Shown here piece by piece: positions 27,901 through 38,800 of a stretch of DNA of 64,000 nucleotides; the first letter of the stretch is position 1; every line of letters begins with the position of its first letter. A model generated the notes under the pieces. It did no database searches and was not told where the DNA came from. It saw only the letters and a program-made list of their open reading frames with translations. The DNA lies in the NCBI RefSeq assembly GCF_037042905.1, contig NC_087246.1, positions 49,538,001 to 49,602,000 of the forward strand, read 5' to 3'. The DNA is from Lytechinus pictus. Lineage: Eukaryota. The position numbers and the translations under genes are program-made.

Positions 27901-29592
27901 ACCTTCAATTGAAACATAACATCTGGGTTGTTTCCAGGAAGCGAGATGTCCAATTTAAATCAGAGATCATGACAAATAATAGTGAGATATTTGGAAGGAG
28001 AGGAAAAAAAAGACGAAATTGTAATCGATGTTCAATTGTATAATCAAGGAAAGGAATCATCAAATTATTTTAGAAGAATCATAATCTTTCAAATGAGTAT
28101 AAATAAGTTTAAAAAAAGTAATACTCAACAATTCTCAAACCAATCTAGGATTTACAGAAATATAGAGCAAAGTAACTGATTGGAATCGCAGCAATTCTGC
28201 AGTGGAGCAACTAACAGAGCAAACAATGCAAACAGAACAACATGGATGCGCCCATGAAACTGGAATTATAACAATCGACTTCGACTCAATAAATTCAAGC
28301 AAGAAAATTGAGAAATCCTGCTAAGTACTATTATTTTCATAGCTCTGACTTACTGGGTTAAGTCAAGCCTTATTAAGGTTTGGAAATATATAGTGAGTGA
28401 TTGTATTACCGACCGGCCTTGTATTACCGAACGCGCGCATCATACGCGTCAGAAAATAATTTCATACGCTCAAAATTTTGCAACATCCTTCCAAAGAGAA
28501 CTTGAATAGAAAGATGATGAAAAATTGTAAAAAACACATTTTCAAAGTTTTAATATTCTAAAAATAATAAAATATGGTCAAAATAGCTCATCAGTGATTT
28601 TGTTGTTTTCTTAACTTTTCCCGTAGAAAACACACGTTCGGTAATACGATACCTTTTTCAAGTGACCAAAATATTTCACATGCGAAGAGGGGTCCGATTG
28701 GAAGCTAATATCGTAAAAAGGAAAAACGATTTAGGCAAAATTTTTACACATTTATATTTTGTAGGTAATTGTGTATTTATGGTGAAAGTTTGGTGAATTT
28801 TATGAGAATAATGTGTTTGATATGATTGAATTCATGAAAAGTGTTCGGTAATACGATCCACTACCATACATGTAGTAGTCTGGTGTAAAAAAAAATAGTG
28901 AATATTGAGTGTCAGGTGAGAAAGACTATCGTCGCTGGATCATGGAGCTTCCTAATATACCAAACACTTCTTTAAACTACCGTATCTAATGCAACCACTG
29001 GAACACCTTTTCGGCATTATCGTGAAGCAGGGAACCACCGTTCAATTTGTATAGCAGAGCTTTATTCAGTCGACACATGCATTGCATCGATTCCCTTTTC
29101 ATTCCACCTCCATTCACTTGTCTTGCACACAAGCGCGCACTTTCATCAAGTGGTTCCCAAAACGGTCTTATCACCATCCCAGCTGCACCACCTTTCCTGT
29201 ATGCCTCATCTGAACCAACCAGAGGACATTGCCTACAATGTCAGCGGCGGTGACTTCTTTCATCTCCCATTGATTGACTTGTCTTTGTACACAACGAGCG
29301 CACACTCTGACACACACGAGAAGAGAGGCGACTTACGTTACTTCAAGTTCAGGATAAGGCCGATTAAAGGCGATAGAATCTTTAAAGTTTATATAGCACA
29401 CCACTCATTCAATGAACAAGGTTATGTCACTTATGATATAAACTCTATAACAGTAACACACCAACTTAATTAGTTTAAATAAAAGTACAACAACACGCCA
29501 AAATATATTCAATGGGACCACACAATTATGCACAAATAAATAAATAACTCAAGTTACAAAATTCTACCAGTTTTACCTTCTAAAGCCGGCAT
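21693..29592 (-). CDS. CHMP1A: Charged multivesicular body protein 1A (ESCRT-III, Snf7/Did2 family), 205 aa; complement(join(21693..21920,23840..23899,24681..24749,25596..25742,26840..26917,27903..27922,29577..29592))
   Basis: All introns are GT-AG and exons sum to 618 nt. Protein: [137 protein letters not shown]...[14 protein letters not shown], with a C-terminal MIM1. Confidence 0.95.
22174..22814. mobile_element. piggyBac-like MITE (TTAA TSD, CCC...GGG termini) nested in another MITE (about 22141-22960)
   Basis: ttaa|ccctatcttaactggg ... cccagtttaataaggg|ttaa. Host TIRs are gtttcataaagct / agctttatgaaac. Confidence 0.8.
23563..23608 (-). pseudogene. Degenerate duplicate of CHMP1A exon 6 (pseudo-exon)
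   Basis: Reads [15 protein letters not shown] versus the true exon [15 protein letters not shown]. The acceptor position reads catat rather than AG, and the copy is followed by gtagga. Confidence 0.8.
23840..23899 (-). CDS. CHMP1A: CHMP1A exon 6
   Basis: acag|[20 protein letters not shown]|gtaag. Confidence 0.95.
24681..24749 (-). CDS. CHMP1A: CHMP1A exon 5
   Basis: acag|[23 protein letters not shown]|gtaaat. Confidence 0.95.
25449..25585. repeat. (TTAC)n microsatellite, reading (GTAA)n on the CHMP1A sense strand
   Basis: Directly visible, immediately inside CHMP1A intron 4. Confidence 0.9.
25596..25742 (-). CDS. CHMP1A: CHMP1A exon 4
   Basis: atag|[49 protein letters not shown]|gtgag. 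Confidence 0.95.
26840..26917 (-). CDS. CHMP1A: CHMP1A exon 3
   Basis: acag|[26 protein letters not shown]|gtaagt. Confidence 0.95.
27903..27922 (-). CDS. CHMP1A: CHMP1A exon 2 (20-nt microexon)
   Basis: ccag|ATGTTATGTTTCAATTGAAG|gtaaga gives (D)VMFQLK, matching vertebrate DTLFQLK. Confidence 0.88.
28391..28867. mobile_element. MITE in CHMP1A intron 1
   Basis: Imperfect TIRs tagtgagtgattgtattaccga / tcggtaatacgatccactacca. Confidence 0.55.
29023..29345 (-). mobile_element. Possible solo LTR or other inverted-repeat-bounded insertion
   Basis: GC-richer island with TGAAG...CTTCA ends and a minus-strand AATAAA at 29061-29066. No matching TSD. Confidence 0.3.
29577..29592 (-). CDS. CHMP1A: CHMP1A exon 1 coding part
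   Basis: gccacagaATGCCGGCTTTAGAAG|gtaaaa. Phase 1 joins exon 2 to give MPALEDVMFQLK. Confidence 0.8.
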
Positions 29593-29806
29593 TCTGTGGC
29601 CCCTTTCTTTAAAACTTGCACAAATGAAATATAGAACGGGCAAATGAGAGGCTACACTCTACTGAAGTACTGAATTCTCGAGTATTATTGTGATGTGATT
29701 TTGACTCAGATGCTATTTTTGGATAATGATGAAAAAAATAGAAGTAAGAGCGCCATCTGTCAATAAAAACATTACATTTTTAAAAGTCACGCATAAGTTG
29801 AGAAAG
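29593..29806. promoter_or_regulatory. Bidirectional promoter and 5'UTRs shared by CHMP1A and NOB1
   Basis: 214 bp between divergent ATGs. YY1-type motifs on opposite strands: cgccatct at about 29751 and aagatggcg over the NOB1 ATG. Confidence 0.7.
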
Positions 29807-29875
29807 ATGGCGAAATTGAAAGCGGAACATGTGGTTGTTGATGCCGTGGCGTTTTTCAAGAATGTGCAGTTGCAA
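29807..29875 (+). CDS. NOB1: NOB1 exon 1
   Basis: MAKLKAEHVVVDAVAFFKNVQLQ|gtaagg. Confidence 0.92.
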
Positions 29876-32800
29876 GTAAGGTCATTTTTGTGTTGTCAAA
29901 CTAGAGTTCAAGATATACTGATTACATTGAAGAAAGAGCTGTCAAGGGTTGACTAACAATCGATCTGAGACGTAGTGAAAAAAAATGATCGATTGAAAAC
30001 ATGTCATGAATTTGCTCATGTGGGACTAGGCCTAGGCCTATGTGAAAATTGAATGAAGTTGGAACTTGTCTTGATTCATGAGGACTTTTTAACCCAGCAT
30101 GCCCAGGTAGGCTCTCATGTCTGCCCGAGTTAATGAGGACTGAGCTGAGGCATGATTTTTTTTGTGTGTGTGTGTTTATTTTTTTAAGGGACATTTCTTT
30201 CTTCTAGAGTAAGACTAGACAGCTGGCAGCCGTCTGTTTCGAGGAGTTTTTTAACATTTTAAAAAAAAATTTCTCCTCGTACACAGACGGCTCGCTATCG
30301 TGCAGCCACCATTAGGGGGTGAACAATGCAAAATCCCCCCGACGGGGCTCATCGATTTTTGTCTTTATTTCATAAAAATATTGGAAAAGAATTGTACCAA
30401 AATAGAGATTATTATTCCCTATTGGCCTGAAATGCACCCAAACGGGTAAAACACAGTGACTTACTTCGGCTGTCGCGCAGCTTCACTCCCCTGTTTTATC
30501 CAAACTTAAGTACATAAACATATGGCCATTGAGTCCCCTGTACAGATCGCGCTAGAACTTCGGTCTCTGTATTTGGTGAGTGGAGCCAACGGAGTTCAGC
30601 GGAACAACCAACATAACAGAGACCGAAGCTTTTGGTCTAGAGTAAGACTAACTTTGTCTTCGACTTCGTGCGCAATTCGCGTTCGCCATTTGTAGGTACC
30701 GGTATGTGACCAAACAAAATGAAAATCATCAAATATCAATAAATTTGGTATCATTTGAAAGCTCCTAAAAAGACCTTTCAAATGATACCAAGACCTCTAA
30801 TTTTCATCAAGAAATTATAAAGTTATTCCAGTTTAAAGGGGATATTCACCCTGACAAAAAGTTTATTGTAAAAATAGCAGAAAAAAATAAAAAATATTGC
30901 TGAAGGATTGAGAAAAATTCATCAAATAATTAAAAAGTTATTTGAATTTCAATTATTTGATTTGTGACGTCATATGCTAGCAGCATTCCTACATAGCGAA
31001 TGGTAAAAAATCAATGAAATGTCATTTTCTCAGAAAATTGAAAATGGTTTTCACTGTACCTTTTGTATATCAATAGACAAATCATTTCACACCCGATCAT
31101 GAATAGAAAACAAAATTAAGTCATCAGGAACCATGCAAAATTTGAAATTCATGCATTTTAATGTAAAGTCAATGGAATACAAAACCTATTTTTGTGACCA
31201 TTTTGAACCCAAGTCTTCAACAGGCTCTAACTTCTTTGTTTATGAGCCCTTTGAAGTAATTTAGGTACCAATGGAAAGGTGAAAGAAAGCTCAATTGATG
31301 TGTAAAAATGTCACTTTGTAATTTTTCTTAATATGTGTAAAATAATTTCTTCTAATTAATTATTTATTACGCAAAATAACAATTATTCGCCTCTTTTTTG
31401 CCAAATGAAGGTGATCATGATAGATAATTTATATAATTTAGTTGGCATCAAAACAGCATCATGTAGATAATTTCCTAAATGAATTTGTTTAAAGTATTGT
31501 TTTTGTAATTTCTAATGTATTTCTTTTTTTTTCTGATATAAATTACAAGCTCTTTTTCAACTTAAGTATTGTATACATGCAAGGCTCCACACTAACTTTT
31601 TTTCTTGGTGGCCCGATCGGTCCACCAGAATCATCAATTTTATATTCTTGGTTAAGCTTGTAACCGATTTTGCAATCGGCAACCGATTCCATTCGATTTC
31701 ACCACAATCGGCAATCACTTGCCGATCTTCGATCATGCCCCTTGAAGGAAAAAATCGAAAATAAAAAATCGGCGTAGATCTGGTTACAGTGCGTGATCGC
31801 TCAGAACATATTTCAAGATTGTTTTTGAGGTGCTAGCTATTTAGAGGTCGCATTATTCAGGGAGAAAGTCGCGGTATTATCTATGGCGATGTTTAAGGGG
31901 ATAGATATCTTCTCTTCCAACTCATGGTGATAGCGGATGCCGCCGTGAACTTTGAAAGGTCGTATTACCGACGGAGCTCACTGCGTTACTCTCTTACATC
32001 GTTTATGATTATATACATTTTATTTTCAACCTCGTGGTGATAGCGGATGCCGCCGTGAACTTTGAAAGGTCGTATTACCGACGGAGCTCACTGCGCTACT
32101 CTCTTACCCCCTTTATAATGATATAAATCTTCTCTTCAACCTCATGGTGATAGCGGACCCCGCCATAAACTTTTAAAGACTGTACTATTGACGGAGCTTA
32201 TTGCGTTGCTCTCTTACATCGTTTATGATGATATTCATTTTATTTTCAACCTCGTGGTGATAGCGGATGCCGCCGTGAACTTTGAAAGGTCGTACTATTG
32301 ACGGAGCTCATTGCGTTACTCTCTTACATCGTTTATGATGATTTACATTTTATTTTCAACCTCGTGGTGATAGCGGACCCCGCCGTGAACTTTTAAAGAT
32401 CGTGCTACTGGCGGAGCTTATTGCGTTACTCTCTTACATCGTTTATGATGATATACATTTTATTTTCAACCTCGTGGTGATAGCGGATGCCGCCGTGAAC
32501 TTTGAAAGGTCGTACTATTGACGGAGCTCATTGCGTTACTCTCTTACATCGTTTATGATGATTTACATTTTATTTTCAACCTCGTGGTGATAGCGGACCC
32601 CGCCGTGAACTTTTAAAGATCGTGCTACTGGCGGAGCTTATTGCGTTACTCTCTTACATCGTTTATGATGATATACATTTTATTTTCAACCTCGTGGTGA
32701 TAGCGGATGCCGCCGTGAACTTTGAAAGGTCGTACTATTGACGGAGCTCATTGCGTTACTCTCTTACATCGTTTATGATGATTTACATTTTATTTTCAAC

Positions 32801-35800
32801 CTCGTGGTGAATGGTGATAGCGGACCCCGCCGTGAACTTTTAAAGATCGTGCTACTGACGGAGCTTATTGCGTTACTCTCTTACATCGTTTATGATGATA
32901 TACATTTTATTTTCAACCTCGTGGTGATAGCGGATGCCGCCGTGAACTTTGAAAGGTCGTACTATTGACGGAGCTCATTGCGTTACTCTCTTACATCGTT
33001 TATGATGATATTCATTTTATTTTCAACCTCGTGGTGATAGCGGATGCCGCCGTGAACTTTGAAAGGTCGTACTATTGACGGAGCTCATTGCGTTACTCTC
33101 TTACATCGTTTATGATGATATACATTTTATTTTCAACCTCGTGGTGATAGCGGATGCCGCCGTGAACTTTGAAAGGTCGTACTATTGACGGAGCTCATTG
33201 CGTTACTCTCTTACATCGTTTATGATGATTTACATTTTATTTTCAACCTCGTGGTGATAGCGGACCCCGCCGTGAACTTTTAAAGATCGTGCTACTGGCG
33301 GAGCTTATTGCGTTACTCTCTTACATCGTTTATGATGATATACATTTTATTTTCAACCTCGTGGTGATAGCGGATGCCGCCGTGAACTTTGAAAGGTCGT
33401 ACTATTGACGGAGCTCATTGCGTTACTCTCTTACATCGTTTATGATGATTTACATTTTATTTTCAACCTCGTGGTGATAGCGGACCCCGCCGTGAACTTT
33501 TAAAGATCGTGCTACTGACGGAGCTTATTGCGTTACTCTCTTACATCGTTTATGATGATATACATTTTATTTTCAACCTCGTGGTGATAGCGGATGCCGC
33601 CGTGAACTTTGAAAGGTCGTATTACCGACGGAGCTCACTGCGCTACTCTCTTACCCCCTTTATGATGATAGACATCTTCTCTTCAACCTCGTGGTGATAG
33701 CGGACCCCGCCGTGAACTTCAAATTGATTTGAAAACGCTAGCTACCCAAAACATTTTAATAACATATTTCAAATCATCGTGCGTGCTTGCGTCTTCTACT
33801 TCATTTTAATTGCACTTGCGACTTTAAGATGATGCGTCGTAAGAGATCATTCCAATAATTCTAAATCGCTAGCACCTAAAAATACTTCTAAAAGATGTCC
33901 CGCCGATCGTTCATTAACCTGTGATCTATGAGAAATATTTTCATTTTATTTTCCTTTGCGCCTTTGCTCGGAAGATGCGTCTTTCGTTTATCTTTCTAAT
34001 AAAAATCACTCGGTTTATTTTAAAGCAATAACACCTCAAAACCCCTGGCTTTAAAACATGTTCCAAACGATCGCGCATGTTGGCGACTTCCATTCGTCTT
34101 TGTGACTTTGTCAGGAAGATGCGCGCGACCGCGAACAACATTTTGATGTATTCCTTTGTTTTTAAACATCGCCGATTCGATTTTCGATTCGATTTCGATT
34201 TTAGAAGCTTAACTGCCGATCCGATTTTCGATCTGATTTTTGATCCGATTTACAACATTATTCTTGGTGGCCCGAAAACCAAATTTAGTGGCCCTAAAAC
34301 AATATAAAACATTACAATTCATCAAAAATCTGGTAGCCAAACCGGGCCACCAAGTGTTGGCTTTTACATAATTTTGGTGGCCCGACTCTCATTTTTGGTT
34401 GCCCTGGGCCACCGGGCCACTGCTAATGTCGAGCCCTGATACATGTATGTACAGGTTTTTTTTTACATATGAAAATTATCATTCCTTTTGTACTTTGTAT
34501 TATAACCAAATAAAAATACAAGTGTGCTATTTTCTGATGTATTTGACTGTTTCACCAATTCCTTATGTATTCTATTTCAACAATTTATTGTACATGTATA
34601 ATATGTAGCTTTTGATTTTAGAGACAATGGACATTTGATTACAATTTTTTTCAGAGGGATGAGCAGCTGAGTGTAAATTATGTATGTAGCATTGTATGCA
34701 ATTTATTACAAGTATCAAGAAGTATAAAAATTAAGCTTTAATATATTCTATCAGTTTTCAATGCATTTCTTAGATTTGTATACATACATTGTATAGCAAA
34801 GGCATTGTTTGAGCTCTCTTTTTAAAGAAAAATAAATAAATTCAGATTCTAGAGTGAAATCACTGCACATAAATGTACACAATTTTTTACACATACTTCC
34901 ATATTATTATGAAACAAAACAAAAAAAATTAGCAAGATTTTGTAAAAAAGAACTTAACAATCCAAACTTACCAATCTCCCCATGGATAGACTTGAAAGGC
35001 ACCAAATTATTAGTTGAAGCAAAAAGAAAAGGAAAAGAGTGGTCTATTTCTTTCAAAACAAAACAAAAATCAACCAGGAAAAACAGATATCAAAGCTACA
35101 AAAACAGACATCAAAGCTCTAAACAAACACTCAAAACAAGAGAAACAAAAGTGACACAAAAACTTGAACCAATCCCATCCCCATTTTCCAGTTTAAAACA
35201 CAACCCCAGTTGCACCCCTAACAAAAAATAAAGAAAAGGAAAAAAAATAATAAAATAGAGAAAAAAAATCATAAATACAGGACTGGAATCCATCTGGAAA
35301 TGGAATATTCTTTCCTCTGAGTTTTCATGTATTTTCTTGCAAGGGTGAAAAAAAAAATTAATAAATAACAACAAAATAAACAACATAGTTCTTGCATTTT
35401 AATTTAAAAATCAACATTTAAGATATTCCCCTTTCAAAAGCAAATCCAGTCTCCAAATAATTAAACATAAAAAATAAAAAAAAATTAAAAAAATTAAAAA
35501 AGAAAAAAAAATAATAATAAATAAGCAACATAATTTTTGCATTGTAATTAAAAAGTCAACATTTATGATATTCCCCTTTCTAAAGCAAATCCAGTCTCAA
35601 AATAATGAAACATGATTGAAAAGTTTCCAAATATATATTTTTCTTACAAAAGAAAAAAAAACCCACTAGATTTTGCATTTTAGTTTAAAAAGTCAACATT
35701 GAATTGATATTCCACTTCCAAAAGAATCCAGTTTCCAAATGATAAAACATGATTGAACAATCAACCACCTTGACTCTTGACTTGGGAAGAAAAAATATTT

Positions 35801-38800
35801 TTGTGACAAAATGTATGTATTAAAATCAATATCAGAATAATAATCTATGGTATAATAACATAAATTTTTAAGAAAAAGGCACAATATTATCAGGTAACAA
35901 ACAATTCTGATCCAGTTCAATCCAGAATGAACGACTCACTATCGACCACTCCCGTCATCCAGCCCTCCGCATCGGGTAGCTAGACTGCCGAGAGACCGGC
36001 GGGAGCCCACCGCATCGGGCAGCTCGACTGCCGAGAGACCGGCGGTGAAAAGGTAGCTTGCGGCTCTTATATCTGGCCTGCGTTTTTAAAGAATTGGTTC
36101 ATTTTGGTTTTATTTTGAAGATCAATAGATAAAGAAAGACTAAATATCCTTGTTTGGGACTTTTTCTACTTGTCACAAAATTTCGATCATTTATGCATCC
36201 AAAAATTTGATGGACATTCAAGCTCTGATATCCATACTTGACAGGCGAGTATCCATATTGAAACTTATATGTACAGACTACAGAAAGTGCACATCGTCGA
36301 CTGTCTGAAAAAAGGCACAAGATCGCATGCCACTATGTGCGCATGCACATTAAACCCCATTTTCGAGGAGCCGGCCAGACAGAGGCGATGCCACTTGCAG
36401 CAAAACCCACGCGAAACCGGTGTGGCCAAAACCAGCGCTCGCGATACGGTGGCATTCGCACATACCTACCATTTGGATTCAACCGTGAATTAATACGTGT
36501 GGGATACTGCGAACTGGCCCAAATCACTGATTTTGAGAAATTACAAAAAGGGCAAGGAGCTAGAGCGAGTCTGTCTGATAGCACTCAAGGGTTCATTACC
36601 ATCCTGCCTGTGGGGAATCTACAGGTAGGACTATGGTATGCCAATGCTGTACACAGCACACAATTTAAAAAATCATTAAAATATGACTTTTGTGACCAAA
36701 AATACTAATTTCCATACAAGTTGCAATTTATTTTTCATTAGTAACTTGGGAGTATTTTTTTTATTCACAAGAGCGCTCGAAAACTTGAATTTTGGGCATA
36801 TTTTTTTGTATGCCCTCTATTGGTGGAAAGTAATATGGCGAGACAATTGTCATTTTTCAATCTCTATTTTTAATTCAGAAAAAATAATTTAAAGAATCAA
36901 ATTTACTTAAGAGCCAAGTTATATGATGAATAGCTGTAATGGAAACTGACAGTGTAAAAAAATCAAGCATTTGTCCCAAAGAAAAAGAGAAAATAAGCCA
37001 AACATTGCCAACCTTATTTAACCACACAGGGAGTAGTAACAGAGAACAAGGTTATATCATAACCTTGTTCATAGAATGAGTGGTCCGATAGTAGCCAGGA
37101 GGCTCCTGGGGCCCATTTCTCAACACCGTCATAAGTCTAACTTCTTGACTAAATCGGAGATAGTGAGCTACTTGTTGGTTGTCCGCTAACCGTTTCATGA
37201 ATCCCTCTGTGCCAAGATCGGGGAAAACAACCTGACTAAATATTTATGACACCTCCGAACCTGTCATAACTTCTTTCTTAATGACGCAGTGGCATCATGT
37301 GGGTAGACTATGTCTATGACATGCAAAAGTGCCTCGAAATTTGAAAATTATATTCTTACATAAGTTGAAATTACATTGCAAAACAGGTGTGATAGATCAT
37401 TCAATAATAATTGTAATGCACAGGAACTATAAAAAATGTTGGTAAGACGCAGCAAAACCATTCATTTTGAAATAGTAAAATAATTGAATCGATCAAGATT
37501 CTACCACGTCGGGTCATCCATAACTGGACTCGTGGGCCCCTGGAGATTAATGTCATATCACTGACGTGCTTAATCTCTACGGAGCCAGGGACGTGATGCC
37601 ATTGCTCTACACAAACAAAGTATTTGGGAGACAACAATGTTGCTCCGCTCCAAAATACTTGTTTTCTTTAGGGTTTTGAACCCAAACTTATGTAAATGGG
37701 CTAAAAGTATATTTACCCCCCGAACGCACTAATGGTGCGTGCATTTATTCAAAGAAATCGAAAAATGAGAAAATAAATAAGAGCAGGAGCATTTACTCAC
37801 AGTCTGTTATTGTCGCCATCTTGCTGTCTTTGTTATCGTAGCCTAGCTACAAGACGCTTAAAGAGGGCGAAAATATCATGAGCAGTGCCAACTTAGATTT
37901 TTTTAAATACTTGCATCGGCCGATAAATATCATAAATCGTACGAATCGCGGTTAAATCAATATATTTTAGGGATATTCATAATATTAGGGGAAATTGACT
38001 TCACATTGTTCGTTTTAAGTTTCGTAGGAGGACTTGTTTTTATTAAAGCTACATTTGTAAATTCGCGCAATCCCATGCATGTGTTGCATGCGCCGTGCCT
38101 TCAATTTTCCTGTGCACGGTGGCATGTAATGCACCCATGGGTGATTCAGGGGTTAATGAAACAACAGCATGTCACTGTCACGTCAGTTGTGTCATTGTGT
38201 GCTAGTCCTCTTAGATCTTTCTTACTCACATTCCCTTGATGTGATGTAACTAACCTCGCACAACCAACGTGATTTGACAGTAAATTTTAAAGAAGTCGGT
38301 AAACATCGCTTCATAACATAAGAACTTTTTGCCGGAACTTAGTCTGTCCACGTAGAGTTACTGACTCTTTATAATGATAATTTGTTCTTAAAAGTCTGCT
38401 TAATTAGGAGGGGCCGCGGAAATGGCATGACCAGGGGGAGGGACTTTAGCCTCCCTATTTTTTTTCTAACCATGTACAAAAATTACCATGTTATTTTGAT
38501 ATTTTTTCATGTACAAAAATTACCATGTTATTTTGATATTTTTTTGCATGTTCACCCCCACTTTCAAAACTGTTTGAGGCCCCTGCTACATTAGACATTT
38601 TGAAAGAAAAAACAAGTAGGCCTACATTCAGATAGTGTACATAAATGTTTAAAATATCAAATATAATCTAGGATATTAGCTAGACCAACAGTCTTACATA
38701 ACAGGCTTTCATTTGTTAAAATGAAAAATAATGATCCAGATCTTTCTGTGTATGGAATCCTTTTTTTTTTACATGTTATCTAGTCTAATAACAAACACAA

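Larger units (their letters stand above)
31580..34438. mobile_element. hAT-like MITE (host) split by a 2.6-kb insertion
   Basis: TIRs caaggctccacactaac / gctaatgtcgagccctg. Flanks atacatg on both sides. Internal ggtggccc motifs continue across the insertion. Confidence 0.65.

Noticed and set aside
31921-33719. CRISPR-like array or repeat-encoded protein
   Set aside because: Units are near-identical along their whole length with no unique spacers, and there are no cas genes. The 110-bp unit is not a multiple of 3 and the ORFs are short.
36337-36708. 123-aa ORF in NOB1 intron 1
   Set aside because: No recognisable family and no splice context. Probably a chance ORF in CpG-rich repeat DNA.
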